Shown here: piece after piece, positions 1-13,854 of the stretch
How the letters are laid out: each line of letters begins with the position of its first letter
Position numbering within the stretch: position 1 is the first letter of the stretch
From: Laetmonice hystrix
Lineage: Eukaryota
Assembly (NCBI GenBank): GCA_965235115.1
Contig: OZ249436.1
Coordinates: forward strand, 37,016,001-37,080,000
DNA: 64,000 nucleotides
Direction: 5' to 3'
The notes under the pieces: generated by a model
Told to the model about the DNA's origin: nothing
Seen by the model: only the letters and a program-made list of their open reading frames with translations
Databases searched by the model: none
Program-made: the position numbers and the translations under genes

Positions 1-314
1 GCCCCTACGTTGGGGTATGTGGTCGCATGCGTCGGGGTTGATGGGAGGGGCCTTAGACTTGCTTAATAAAACGGACTCTACTATTCGTAACCTGTCCACA
101 TTCATCCGCCATTTCACCATACGTGTGGCTATTTTGAACATTATATTATTGCATATATGTCAAACCATAATATAAAGACTGTGCATTAGGTTAGACGGAA
201 CTTAAGCTGCTTTCATAAGATTGCCACAATCTGTTTATGTCCGCAGTTCAAGTGAGCGCAATGATATCTTAAATACATTATATATAATGGCTTCATGCAA
301 AAACTGCCTGTATC

Positions 315-986
315 ATAACTGTTTATTAATCTCGCCGAGTGTTGTTATTGTAGCATCATGACGTAGTTACTGTAGGTGATTATAACTGTTCATTAATCTC
401 GCCGAGTGTTGTTATTGTAGCATCATGACGTAGTTACTGTATGTGATTATAACTGTTCATTAATCTCGCCGAGTGTTGTTATTGTAGCATCATGACGTAG
501 TTACTGTAGGTAATTATAACTGTTCATTAATCTCGCCGAGTGTTGTTATTGTAGCATCATGACGTAGTTACTGCAGGTAATTATAACTGTTCATTAATCT
601 CGCCGAGTGTTGTTATTGTAGCATCATGACGTAGTTACTGTAGGTAATTATAACTGTTCATTAATCTCGCCGAGTGTTGTTATTGTAGCATCATGACGTA
701 GTTACTGTAGGTGATTATAACTGTTCATTAATCTCGCCGAGTGTTGTTATTGTAGCATCATGACGTAGTTACTGTAGGTAATTATAACTGTTCATTAATC
801 TCGCCGAGTGTTGTTATTGTAGCATCATGACGTAGTTACTGTAGGTAATTATAACTGTTCATTAATCTCGCCGAGTGTTGTTATTGTAGCATCATGACGT
901 AGTTACTGTAGGTAATTATAACTGTTCATTAATCTCGCCGAGTGTTGTTATTGTAGCATCATGACGTAGTTACTGTAGGTGATTAT
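315..986. repeat. Tandem minisatellite, 67-bp unit, about 10 near-identical copies
   Basis: Unit ATAACTGTTCATTAATCTCGCCGAGTGTTGTTATTGTAGCATCATGACGTAGTTACTGTAGGTRATT recurs every 67 bp (e.g. 381, 448) with no unique spacers. Confidence 0.97.
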
Positions 987-2386
987 TATCAGGAGATAGG
1001 TTTACATTATGCATCAATCGCTTTCAACACAAACAGTGTTTCACGATGTTAATGTGCATGACCTGCAGTGCTTGGAGAGGCATCTTACATGGTCATTTTT
1101 ATTGTACTATGTATAAACCTCCAACAACACCATCAACAACAAATATTTTGCCTTTTTTCTTTGATACATTGTAACCCTATACCTGCACTCCACCCTCATT
1201 GTACCAAATTTCCATGTGTGGTTCTTGTTTCTGTGTGCCGAGCGGTGTATAGTTTCAACTTTCCAGCTGCCCACAATTTAGGATGTATAGTTTCTTGTTA
1301 TTTATAGAAGTCGTTATCTGCTTAACCTTCGGCGCACTCCCCATCAATCAAGTGGTAAATATCCATGGTCGTTTATTACAATCAAAACTTTTACAGTGTA
1401 TTTCTGTTTGGCTCAACCTGATTGGACGTATAATACCTTACAAATGGGATAAAGCGTTTCTCTAGGCGTATGGTAGATGAAGGGAGAATTACAGACTACA
1501 GAAAGTATGACTGCAATGGTGTTATGATCCAAATATGATCTAATGATCCAAAAGCTGGCCTTCCAGGAGGAGGATTTCCTTTTTTTTTACTCTGTTCGTT
1601 CCACTTCTTTCTGAAATTAGAGGTGTCATGGCCTTCTGTTCCTATACAATAAAACAATGCAAGTGTGTGTGCTCGTCTGGGTAAAGATTATTCCTTGTTA
1701 CACGTTATAATCGAGGGAAATGCTATTTGGGGACATTGCTGTAACCACTTTAAGCAGTGCACCCCAACTGGTCAGGCACCAGGTGTCTACGTTGAAAATA
1801 TGTTCTCGGCGGTGGAAATCGTATGTCTCTGGTGTGCATACTTGCAAGCAAAGCTTTTTAGCAGAATACTTGGGTAAAAGGCTCAAAAAGGATTTGATAA
1901 ATAATTCAGGAATAATCGCCTAATGGGACCAAATGCATCTTTGGGCCAGAGATTTCCGTGTATGGCCCCATCAAAAGGAAGATGGGTTACCGTATCTCTC
2001 AAAGAACTTTGACCCTGGCAAATACGCTGGACTGATATTCTCAGCGAGAGATATCATCAGCTGTAACAGAGGAGCATTTCGAAGTCCTCTTAATGTGTTA
2101 CTGATCACATGCTCATGACCTGACGAACAGTACCGGGTCAGGAATAGGTATGAGAACCACTTTGAGGGTTATTCGTACACTGCCCACATAACGACAATAG
2201 ACGGATACCTAACCATCCGGATGTCTTCAGTGTGGACAGTATGCACAAGGCCGGCGGACAAATGTTGATATTAAACTAGTTTTACTGCTAGCTACAGCTA
2301 AAAATGAATGTATACGCTGTCCAATATCATTACTTTGTACTATCTACCCTCATGTCCACATTCAAGGGATATTGGGACCAAGAATC

Positions 2387-2630
2387 GGCGTGAAGATTTC
2401 TAAGTCCCCCTGGAATCTGCAATCCCCGAAATAAAGGTCCGGGCCTGCATTCCTAGGGTCTTAAGTCCGTTTTATTCTATCAATAAATCTTCATAATCCT
2501 AACATAAAGCCTATCCCTCACCCTAACCCATATGTACTTTCGTAATTCTATTGTCTTATACCACGACCTAGGACCTGCGTACGCAGGAATCCTGGTCCGG
2601 CGGACTGATATTCCGGCGGACTTTCACACC
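2387..2630. mobile_element. Degenerate small inverted-repeat element with CCTAACCC-like core
   Basis: Imperfect ends GGCGTGAAG...TTTCACACC, internal CCGGCGGACT repeats and a central CCCTAACCC motif. Confidence 0.3.
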
Positions 2631-3463
2631 TGCTTATATTAACAGTGGTTACAACGCTTCCCTCCTTTCTCGGATGCCAACGAAGAACATCTTCCCTCAC
2701 AGTTTAGTTCGCGTTCAGTGTGATTAAGCTGTAGACCAAAAAAGTATGAACATGGAGCGAAACAACACCAACGACACACCATCAAATTAGAACTTGTACA
2801 AATGCAATAGAAGAGGAGCAGGCATAAAGGACGTTGGCGCCGTTTGGCGACCTAGTTACGATGTTGGTCATGCATACAACGGTGCGGTCGCAAGTCTTTC
2901 TAGCCCTCTTACTGTAAGATATTGCAATAAAAATCGATCAGTGGCAACCGTGACGACCTCATAGATAAAGTTGCTAAGGAAGATAAACAAAGCTAGAGCC
3001 ATTGACGTTGGTTTCATGTTGTGGAAGTATTTCATTCTGTAATCAGCCATTGCTTAGTTACCCAGAGGGTGACAGATATTGCTAGGTAATATTTCATTAT
3101 CCACATTATCCTGGCATCATGCATTAGTCTGAATTTCATTTTCTACGCAGCAAATATTTGGATTCGATATGACCTGGGAGACCTGTTCCAAATAAGCGTT
3201 GCCATCGGCGAGCTGTTCGCTGAAACACATGACACATCCATCGCGTGTCGGAGACCCTCAATTCATAATCTAGCCTAGAGCTGTTAAATTCAAAAGGCTA
3301 TGCACTTTGCAGGCATTAGGGAACGCAGTCTTTGAGAGGCGTTCACGACATTGAATACATGAAACTCGACTCTATTCAAACAGGTGCTGCAGGAACTGCC
3401 CATGCAAGTATCCTCCTGAAAGACTTTTAAGTGCCATGCAGAATGCCCCCCCCCCCCAAAAAA

Positions 3464-3507
3464 AAGAAGAAGAAGAAGAAGAAGAAGAAGAAGAAGAAGA
3501 AGAAGAA
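3464..3507. repeat. (AAG)n microsatellite preceded by poly-C and poly-A
   Basis: Read directly from the sequence. Confidence 0.95.
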
Positions 3508-4385
3508 ATGTCCCAGTGAAAACCCATCGCCTTTGTGGCCCTAACCTTATGAAAAACACGGTCTTGTCCCTTCTAATCCGGTTCAAATAAGGGGATATTG
3601 ACAAACGCAGTGCTACATAGGTAGTGTTATTTGCGCTAGGGCAAGTTTTGTTTGCATTCCATCATCCACATTCAATATTATGGGCTTATGTATCCTTTTC
3701 CTGATTCCGAGGTGACACAATACTTGTGTTGACGTCTCTCTGGCCCCCTTGGTTGTTCAATCGGTACATGAAGGGAACACCTCTTCCCGGAGTATTTACT
3801 ATAGTCCGAGAATACTCTGTTGCCAGAATATACCAACGTTTCCACCAGCTACTTGGCATTACGAAGGAGTAACTCGTGTTATCGTAGCGGATCAGGAAAA
3901 AAAAACCTACTTGAGGGTCGCCCGCGTCAGGTCGAGCCCATGGAGCTTCCTCAAGGTTCTTGAATATACATACACACTGAACCTCTTGAAAGGCCAGCAA
4001 AACGGATATAACAGCTTTGGGAAAGAAGACAAATCATCCTTAAAGGTACATCGTACGTAACTTCGAAAATAAAACGCTTACCTGTCACCGATAGCAACCT
4101 ATTGCCCTATATGTGAAGACTGAGCGTTCTCCGATTACATGTGGATGGTCTCACTTCATTTATTTGAGTTTTGCATGTGATACTAAGCTGATTTTACAGG
4201 GTTTAAAAACTGTGGAGCTTTAATAGATTGACTCTCAGGGTTTCACATTTTGGAGCCTGCTGTAGTGGACGTTACTATGTCGATATCGAGGGATTGTGAC
4301 TAGTTTTATATTGTACCTCCACAATAGTATGTAAGAAAGGGGAAAGAAAGAAACAAAGAAATACGGACAGGATAAAAACTGTCCA

Positions 4386-5853
4386 CACTGTAAAAAATAT
4401 TCGTAAAATAACAGACAAAATTTACTATTAAATTTGGTGTAAACTTCTTTTACAGTAGAATTATCTGTTAAGTAATACAGTACTTTTTACAGTAAAAATC
4501 ATTTACCAATATAGTTACTATAAAATTACAAGTGTTTGTGTTAAATTTACGTTTTTTCCATATTTCTTTATGACACAATGGTAAAATGTAGTAAATTCCG
4601 TAATATTACTTAAAACCGTGAAAAAAAACTGAGAAAATGGTTAATAAAAATTACAGAATACTGTTATTACCAAATTTTCACAGAGGAACTTTGTTAAAAT
4701 AACACATAATAATAGCTGTGTAATGTAAGCCCTCTATTTACACATTTTATTATGGTAAATTTATAAAAAAAATTATTTTATTATACATTTCTGATGATAG
4801 GAATTTACAAAAAAACTGGCATTAGGCCTACTTCCCAGTTTTTACAGAAAAAGTTTGTAAAAAAATGTAGAATGTCACTAAATATACAAAATAATGAAAA
4901 AAATGGCCTAATTGCAACGTAAACACATAAAAAATTGGCCCTTTGTTTAACTTAAATACATAAAATACCCGTGTGCACTGTTAAGAAAATGGACATTTGC
5001 AAGATATAAAACTGTAAAAGGAACAGCGCATGCTCCTGTTATTGGAAATTACTGCCAATGTTACTGTAGTTTGACAGCTACTGTTGCTGTATTCGATCTG
5101 TACAATAAACGAACTGTAAATTTACAGGACGTAAGACGTTACTGGATAACCAGCACAGTGGTCACGTGATGACTATCACCTGCCCCTTTTATTGTCTATA
5201 CCCCGAAGTGTCCTATACCTGTGATAGTCGGTTAATGCAACCGTGGTCATAAATTAACAATAATATGAATACACTCTTTGTGATGGTAAGTAGAGTGGAA
5301 TGTCAAACAGGGGCCTAATTATGAAGTGGGATTTGTTAATACTTCTCATAAAACACCATCTTTGGACGCTAGAGAACATAATATTAACTCCTTTGTAAAA
5401 GCAGACTATATTATAATGCGGAGTAGCCTCTTAGGTTGCAGACGTTTGAGTTTCCCTTGAATGGACCTTGAATGAAATTATCAATCAGGCCATACGTAGG
5501 CCTACATGTATTTAAACTAAAAAGCCAGATTTTTGTTTCTCGTTTATCATCGACGATTTTTTTTAACAGTATTTACCGTAAAAATACAGTAAATATTCTT
5601 TATAGTAATTTTGTAATTTTACAAACGTAGCGTTTCTAAACTGGATTCGGTATAATTACATTACTGTATTTCAGTTATAATGAATAATTTGCGTTTGTTA
5701 TTTTACAAACGTGGCGTTTAAAAACTGGATTCTGTATAAATGCATTACAATTTATCTGTCGTTTAACAGATCTGTAAAATTACTGTTAATATAACTGGCA
5801 GCAGAGTTGCCAGTTAAATTAACTGTAAAATTACAGAGAATTTTTTTACAGTG
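4386..5853. mobile_element. Non-autonomous CACTA/EnSpm (CMC) DNA transposon, about 1.47 kb
   Basis: TIR CACTGTAAAAAA...TTTTTTACAGTG, 2-bp TSD CA/CA, AT-rich subterminal repeats (TTTACAG/CTGTAAA), no ORF. Confidence 0.85.
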
Positions 5854-6094
5854 CATATGTTTCATAACAAAAATGTTTTTTCATCCTTGACACTATTTTA
5901 CCTTAGTTTTTCTATTTCTATTCGCCCGTGATGGTCGCCAATTCAGAGCTGGTCAGGTCTAACGGAATCTCATCTGCTACGAATGAACTTGTTCTGTTTA
6001 CATTTTCCCTGTGCCACAGAACTGGGTTGCGCAGCGCATCACGGGAGTTGATTGCGTCAGCAATACGTGCATTCGGCCCACCTCGGGACTGTTC

Positions 6095-6190
6095 GGGCCT
6101 CGCACAGTTGTCGCCATGTTGGATCTTCTTTTATCACGTGACACAACGCGGTCAAAATGGCAACGGCCGACACACCGACAAAGGTGAGGA
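6095..6190. promoter_or_regulatory. Possible bidirectional promoter between divergent first exons
   Basis: CpG-rich patch with YY1-like motifs on both strands (CCAACATGGCG minus, CAAAATGGCA plus) and a CACGTG box. Plus strand reads ATG GCA ACG GCC GAC ACA CCG ACA AAG|GTGAGG. Confidence 0.25.
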
Positions 6191-7543
6191 ACAAGCAGTG
6201 TCTGGCTTGTTTAAAAGCAGATCTCCGCTTGATACCTCTGACAAGTTAGATTAGACGTCAAAGAAAATCCACAACTAGCGAAGCGACCGGAAGTTCGGCC
6301 GAGGTGTCCCGAATGCAATACGTGAACGGCATGGGCCAGGGGCCTGAGAGGATATTCCCCGTCGGCCTCTTGGCAAGCATGCCGCGTAAAAATAAGAAAA
6401 GATTACGATTTCCTATCGTAATAGAGGTTTATCCATGCTTTTTATTGGTGGCCACATTGAGAGATGGCAGTACTTGCCGTTTTACGGCCTTTAACTCAAC
6501 TTAGTGAAGAGAGATCAGTACATTCTTCATGTTCTATCATATTTATTGAAAAATGTACTTGCAGATATGAGGTATATGTTTGAGTCTTTTTCACTTTTTG
6601 TTTGTTTGTACACCCTGCATGATTGGGCACAAGTGACATCGTAATTATCAATTATACCTCGGTTTTCCCCTTTCTGTATTCATTAATGCCATGATGTGAG
6701 CGGCCGTGTGTTAATATTTATGCGTTAGTTTACGGTTTCAATTATTAATTTTCCATCAGCGGCCAAGCGTTGTTTCCATTACCTCGGAGGAGAAGAAGCT
6801 GGCCTTCAGTTTTAGCTATTAATAGTGATGTGTGGTATAAGCTGCTGATGTTTCTGGCTTGTCATACTGTATTCACGCAGACTGAGAGGAAACCTTGTGA
6901 CGTCTAGAATAACGGCAAGACATGAAGATTGTCATTGTTACAAGTATAATTTGTTGGGTTACAAATGCCCCCACGTCATCCCTACCCCTTCGGGGGCCAG
7001 GGGGAGCGTGATCTTCGCGCAGCACCCGCAATGGGGCAATGGCTAGTGTGCACAAGTGGTTCAGCGTCAAATTGTCTACTTGGCACAGATATTTCTTTTG
7101 TTTGCTTGTCTTGGACACAAAGATGCAGAGTAAAAAATCTTTTAATGCTGGTCCATAGTTATTGCACCCCCTTTGCAAGCATATAATGAAACTATTTGAT
7201 CTATTTTGTTCTAATCTACCGGAAACTACCGGCTATCATGAACCCATAGTATATTTTGTGGATCAATTTGGCACTCGGAAATGTATTGACTTTTAAATCT
7301 ATCTTACGTGTTGCTTCACTCGAGCGATGTTATAATGTTGTCAGAATAATCTCTCCCGTGGAAGGTCTAATTAGAAGACAGAATCATCCCAATGTAGAGT
7401 TATGGAACATTATAGCAGAGACTAATCGGCAATAAACAGTGTGAGTGAGTAAATTGGAGGCCCCATCGACAGTATTTCTGTCATATTCACGGCGATAGGA
7501 ACCATTTAGTTCAGTCAAGAGACCTATTTTACCCCCCGCGTCG

Positions 7544-7800
7544 CAGGGGGTGGGCGATGATGAGGATGAAGTGAGAATGAAACCTGCCACGGGGAAGCAG
7601 TGCCCTACTCATTTCGAAAAAATCCAAGGGTTCTTTTCTTTGCCCAGTCGCACAGACACGGCTGGACATACCCAAAGCCTTTGATGACCCTTTGGAGCAC
7701 TGGGGAGGGTCAGTAAGAAAAAATGGTTCTGGACGGATGGAAATCCATCTTTGCTACGCAGATGCTTTTGCACTCCAACACTCGACCACTTCCCCACACC
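7544..7800 (-). mobile_element. Meta-domain SINE (MetaSINE-like) copy
   Basis: The reverse strand has GTCTGTGCGACTGGGCAAAGAAAAGAACCCTTGG..TTCGAAATGAGTAG, resembling the Meta core. Homologous to 17580 and 27740. Confidence 0.75.
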
Positions 7801-10582
7801 AGACCTCGCCCCATTTGTCTTTTTTTACGAGCAGCCAGGGGTTGAGCTGGGGATCATTCTTCCCCTGATCCCCAAGGGGGGCAATAAACAGCACATATCT
7901 AACTTGTATCCTTTTAAAGTTTTAGCTAACCAAGTTCCCCTGTTACTTATATTCTTTCGTAATCTGTAATCCCTGGGGTGATGAGGTACACGTTTTTTTC
8001 TCTCTCTCTAATGATAGAAAATCAATTTTACATGGATGTAGCATCAACAGTAGTAAGAGTAACTAAAATATTAACACTCAGATGGCATACGAACAGTATG
8101 TGGTTTTCAGACCAATGTAGGGGTAAGCGCCATGACTTGACTGTCACCACGCGATGGCCATGACACTGTTGTTCAATTGAGTGTCACTAACTACAGATCC
8201 GCTGTTCTATAGTTTATTGTTCACAATCGCAATTGGTGCGCGAATATGCACGTACGCCAGCACTCAAACACATTTAAAACATTTTCAGAGGGCACCGGTG
8301 CTTTTATAGAACGTGCATACAGCGACCATCCGTACTGTGTCACGTCATGCAATATTAACCTCACTATAATGGTATACGGCTAACAGCAAGCAGGGAACGA
8401 TGCCATCCCAAAAGGGCTGAATAACAGAGATCATTTGCGGTGCATTGAATTTCAGTCACTATGCCAATGGCCACAGTTTAATATAACTATAACACACCAG
8501 GTTACGAGGGGTCACACATCAGGTCAACGGCGCTTAATCTGCAATGACTATAAGTCCCAAATGCCTCATTATAAAACATAAATTGCCTTACAACAAACAG
8601 CAGTTGTTGTAAGGCATGAAAGCCTTTTTGGAGGGGGGAGAGTGTTTGGTATGTTTTTGCCTGATGAGGGGCGGAGCGAGGGAGAATTTTCATACCCGAG
8701 ACCATTAACGGTAGGGAAAGCTATAAGTTGATCAGCATTGATGGAAAACACTAATTTAGCATGACTGCTATCTGCCGTGGGTGGCTTCACTCTGTGCACT
8801 GCCCGGACACTGCACCCCGTGGCAACCACAGTTTGTTTTTCACCACGTGACGTTACGTGACGTGACTTACGACACGATGACGGCCAGACTTGGGTCCCTC
8901 CTCACCTCTCTGGCGGGCATGCCCTTTCTGGCGTCTGTCGGTCACTGACCTCTCCGTTTGTACCGTAGTTGAAGGGCAAACAGTGAAAGGGCCAGGAAAA
9001 CGCCTTCAGTACAGACAATAGCGTTGGCTTGCTAATATAATCACGAGGACACCCTACTGACTTCAGCTCACGGTAGTCGTATATTCTCTTCAGGAAGCCA
9101 AATTCAATTCTCGGCGAAGACCATTGTCTGGTTTACGCCAGCTCTCCACTGGTGGCCTCGGCATACCGACCGACAACCTCCTTTCTTTAACATTCCACCC
9201 CACCCCAATCTTTCCTGGCGGTCGCCTTGTCTCGGCGGACAGCTTCGAAGTAAACAACAAGAAACGGATCTCACAGTAGGTGTCTGAGCATGGCAACATA
9301 ACACATACGTGAGTTCTTTAAAAGAATGCCTGACCCCTAATTGAGTCGGCCTTGCCACCAAGCCCCTGCATCAACACACACATGAGATTACTACAAAAAC
9401 ACGGTCCCCTAATGGCGGGGCTGGCGGTGGCCTATTGGTTTACACCGAAAGGTCGTATCACTGCAAGTCCGCTGAATCGCGTAAAAGGACCACATCAACT
9501 TCGTAATGAAATTTTGCCTGTCGACAGGTATTCTGGTGTTAGAGCGTATAATTAAGCTCCAGCGACCCGTCGCCGGCGGCCTCAGAGATGATCCGGCGCG
9601 GGGGGGGGGGGGGCGGTATTTTCGTTGGCTCCAGGCGTCTTGGAACCAGTTCGCGACTCTCGGGCACCACCGATCGCAGCCTCGGTTTGCAAGCCCGCCT
9701 CGCACATTTCTGGACTGTAGGGTTACGCCCTGTTGGCAGAGGTTGAGCCATATACAGGGTGATCAAAGATGGAAAGTGAAGTATCACGCTCATCTTTAAA
9801 GGCTGTACGCTGACATAAAGGTTTATGGTGTTAAGCCAATCAATATGGGCAATAGCATTATCCCATTCCCATTTGATGTGAAACCTATTCATGTATGCCC
9901 CCCTAATTTTGTTAATACAGACTATTTTTTCCTGTACGGTATAATTCCTATCCGACAGACAAGGGGTTCCTTGTATAGTTTATAATAGTCTAAGTTATTT
10001 TTCGCAGTAAAGATGGCCTTAGTTGCCGAGGCGGCCTAACATTCTTTCAACCTCTCCTCGAAGTGATTACAGTGTTATTTGGCTGTTGTCTAATAATACT
10101 TAGAACCAATTATCCCCTTTGCGGGCGTTTAATTAAGTGTTTTTCCCCCATACCGTTCACGTCATGTTGTCTTGCGCCGTGTTCTCCCCCGTCATGGTGT
10201 TGCGATCTTAGCTTACAAAATAAACCTATTAGAGTTGTATAGCATTCCAAAATAAATCTACGAAGGTCCCGCAGCGCAGCAAGCCATCAATCAACTGAAG
10301 TCAATCAGAAGTCTCGGCCTGTCAGGCGAGAGATGGCCCATATATGCGGGTATAGTCTTGTCCGGGTGCATCCATAGGTGTGTGAGTAATGTGGGTTCAC
10401 GTTGTGTCGGTACGCATCTAAGGCCATCTTCAGGGCGAAAACAGAGTTAGAACACTAAATAGTAAAAGGGCCATTGTTGGCATCTAAGGCCATCTACACA
10501 ATTAAATGCAGATTAAACAACTGCAAAACGGAATTGCCGTCACAGTATAAAAAATCTGGTCATCCCAAATATAAACACAGCC

Positions 10583-10916
10583 ACGCATGCTCTCTCCTTC
10601 AAGAAGAGAGCCGTCTGTGGTCTCTCCTTCTTTACCCAACGCGGCTAATGGTGGGCGCAGTGGGTGGAGAATTCCTTCTTCAAATTGAGACTAACCCTAA
10701 ACCTAACCTTAATGGCCTGTGATTGGCTAACGTTATCTATCTCAGCCTTCCACTCAGTCTCGGTCACCCGATTCTCTTGCTCGAGCCGCTTAGGGTTTGG
10801 ATGATCGAGACTGCCTATACCACTATAGGCACGCTGGGTGAAAACTCTCTTCTTGAAGAAGGAGAGACCAATAAAGTTATCTCTTCTTCGAAGAAGAAGA
10901 GAACATGCGTATCGGG
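10583..10916. mobile_element. MITE-like inverted-repeat element with central TAACCCTAAACCTAACC
   Basis: Arms ACGCATGCTCTCTCCTTCAAGAAGAGAG / CTCTTCTTCGAAGAAGAAGAGAACATGCGT and GGTCTCTCCTTC / GAAGGAGAGACC. Ends resemble those of 30164-30688. Confidence 0.55.
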
Positions 10917-11417
10917 TCTTAAGACTTGTCTCATTATAAAAGTCTGATCAGAGTAAAGTCACCACACTCGAGTAAAAGGTGCTTCAGTGTCAAAGGGCAC
11001 TGACAGCCGAATCACTCCGGGGGTGGATCCCCCTTCAATAAAAATACGTGAGTCAGTTTGGAATGGCCGATCCTACATCGAGTAAAAACAATTTGAGACC
11101 TACGCATGGACCAGACAGTGATGTGACCGTTGGTTCACAACGGCACTACCCTGATATAATTTATTGTCTGGTCGTTTGTCCCATTCAGCATGCCATTAGT
11201 TTTTACCATAAGCCCACATGGTAGGTCTGAGATCAGAGGCTGGGATTGGACACGGTTCGAGGTCTCTACCGAGATCCCTCTATGCCAGCTCTGTCGGTTT
11301 ACTCGTTTCCCAGGCATGGTGACGTGGCCAGGCATGCAGGAAAAGTGAATATCAAAGTTTCCATTGGTCCAGTGGACTAGAGATATGAACCGCCCAAAAT
11401 GTGCATGGCCTTGATGG

Positions 11418-11718
11418 TGACTTCCAGGTGTGGAAGGGAATCTCCCTCTAGTCTAGCGTTGACCTAAATACCGCATGTACACCCGGAAGTCACGTGATCA
11501 CGCGTCATCATCGCCCGACCGCGGCCAACTCAAATATCCTGTGGGCCGCTCGCTAATTCTGAGCTACGTATTTGCGAGAGATTTGGCATATTTTCCTTAC
11601 TAAATACTGGTCGCTGGGCCATAACAGTCTCACATGATGTTACTGGGAGTCCAAGGTATGCGAATCATATGTTTCTAAGACTGCCATAAATCGAAAAAAA
11701 AGAATTTTACGGCTCCCT
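11418..11718. mobile_element. Right half of a Kolobok-type MITE (same family as 44194-44719)
   Basis: Near-identical to about 44418-44719; ends ...CTCCCT followed by TTAA. Confidence 0.8.
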
Positions 11719-11830
11719 TTAACTACTAACTATGTGCTTATCTTACATATTCTTTTACATGAGGCACTGAATTATGTATTAGCTTGTTTGACCAGGGCCC
11801 GGTTCTTAAAATCTTAAGATCTTACTTTAA

Positions 11831-13854
11831 AACGGGTGATCCACTAAGCCGATTTTGCGCCGATTTTGTGGACGGCCGGCGGTAACCGACGACCGGGCCG
11901 GTGGCCGGTTTAGTGGATACACTTTGAACCGGTCCCGGCCCCGCCGTGCCGGCCATCGGCGACGGTTTGTGGTCGAATTTTGCTGTTCCACTGAGCCGAT
12001 TCTGCGCCGATTTTTCCACTGCCGGCGGCCGGTCCGGTCTTCTGGTGGTCAACCTAGCCGCCGGCCTAGTGGATACACGCGGAACCGGCGCTGGTCCCGC
12101 CACCCCGGTGGTCGGCAGTGATAACCGACCGTAACCGGCAAGATTAAACATGTTTGATCGAACCGTTCATGTCACACGGCGCAATGTCCCTGGAAAAGAA
12201 CAACTCGGCAGGTGGAGGGACATCCGGCAAGACTACAGGGCATAGTAGCCACTGTGCTATAGAAATACAGAAGAGGAATCGGTGTGTTTTATAATTATGC
12301 AATGCCTCTGGAAAAGAACAACTCGGCAAGTGGAGGGACAGTCGGCAAGACCACAGAGGATAGTGGCCACTGTACTAGAAATTTTATACAGAAGAGCAGT
12401 TGGACTCCGCTTGGACTTGACACTGTTTTTAGACGACTACCCCCATACATCCGCCCCATACGACAATCACCCCCGAGTACATCTACCGCCTAGGACATCC
12501 TCCCCCCCCCCCAATACCGTTGGGCCCAAGGACCCCCCCCCCCCATATATGTAGGGGTGTACGCGCGTGTGTGGGTGTGTTGGGAAAACATTGGGAAAAC
12601 ACGGGCAACCCATGCAGATGGTTTCGAGGTCATGTTTATATTCGGTATTATATTTTTATCCTGCTTTTCGAACTTAAAATTTCTCAAAAATTGTGTCATC
12701 GTAGTTGAAACCAAGGGGAATCTGATGCTGTAGAATCTACACCTGTCTGGCCTCAATGGATCTGACATATTACATAATATGTTCTAATATTTCATGTATA
12801 GTACTTCATGTAGGTGTGGGTGTGTGTGTGGGTGTGGGGGGGGGGGGGGTATAGAAGATCGGTTATCTTTCAGGATATTTAATAGTTGTTTTATATTTCA
12901 GTTTAGAAGAACTGTTCAAATGTGATTTTCTATCCTCACAACGCGGTTTAATGATCTAGATGCGGATTTTTCTATGTTAAAGGGCACTGCCTTTCGCGAT
13001 AGAAACATTAATTTTGAGATGCATCAGAGTACAAAATAATATATCTAGTCTATAAATCCGTGTTTCATCTGTACGATACGATTTACTTAATGCCATGCAA
13101 ATCCAAATTTTTTTTTGGCCTGCCCCCTAACAGTGGCGTACCCAGAAACTGGACCCAGGGGGGTGCTGGAAACAACCAACAAATTGGCAACAAGCGCACC
13201 AAAAAACAAACAACAACAAAATTGGCAAATTGAGGGGGTGCTTGAGCACCCCAAGCACCCCCCCCCCCCCGCCCTTCGTACGCTACTGCCCTAGAGGGTG
13301 TTGGTTCTGGGCTTGCCCAACCGATGGAGTCGCCCTCGACATCACTGTTGTGTGGATACCTATAGCGGTTGTTAGGGGAACTTGCGCTCTTGGACCAACT
13401 CGCCGGGAGTCGGTGGGCTCGGCGACTCGAAAATATCAAACATGTTTCATTTGAGTCGCAGCCCCAATCGGCCGAGATCGCCGGACTCGGTGTCGGCCCC
13501 AATCGCAGGGAATCGCCGGAAGAAATCGCCAGATGCGTCCCTGCCTTCAGATTTCACTTAAACCTTTCAGTATATATTTTTAATCATTTCACTAATTTAT
13601 TTAGAAACTTTTAATAAAGTGTGAAGGTGTATTTTTGTCTTACTTAACCACTTTCCCGGTGTTTAATTGTTTGGGTATCTAATTATCTTGTGTTCAGTTG
13701 TGCTGGATTTGTCGCCGCCGTTTCAGTGGAAACACCAAAACAGTAGCCGGCGCCGGCTGAAAATGATCGCCGATTTCTTAGCCGATTCTTTCCCGACGTT
13801 CCCGGCGCCGGCGCCGGGAACGTCGGGAACCGCCGGCTTAGTGGATCACCCGCT
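11831..13854. mobile_element. Non-autonomous about 2-kb DNA transposon, PIF/Harbinger-like (copy 1)
   Basis: TIR A(G/A)CGGGTGATCCACTAAGCCG...CGGCTTAGTGGATCACCCGCT, left flank TAA, GC-rich subterminal repeats. Near-identical second copy at 19273-21322. No transposase. Confidence 0.8.
13131..13288. mobile_element. hAT-like MITE nested in Harbinger-like copy 1
   Basis: TIR CAGTGGCGTAC...GTACGCTACTG; flanks CCCTAA / CCCTAG. Confidence 0.8.

Larger units (their letters stand above)
1180..6117 (-). pseudogene. Possible decayed multi-exon LRR-like gene remnant
   Basis: Scattered minus-strand peptides with LRR-like phrasing (APKCETLRVN, LSLHI.GNRLLSVT ending at a GTAAGC donor near 4081, LQYLTVRGLERL, APKVKQIT..KLYILNCGQLES). 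Putative first exon MATTVRGP..ARIADAINSRDAL has a donor near 5900. Many stops and frameshifts. Confidence 0.25.

Noticed and set aside
315..986. CRISPR-like regular array
   Set aside because: Whole 67-bp units are near-identical with no unique spacers, there are no cas genes, and the context is eukaryotic.
7550..7590. Hammerhead ribozyme-like GATGATGAG...GAAAC
   Set aside because: It lacks the CUGANGA core and a stem II; it is the reverse strand of the SINE tail.
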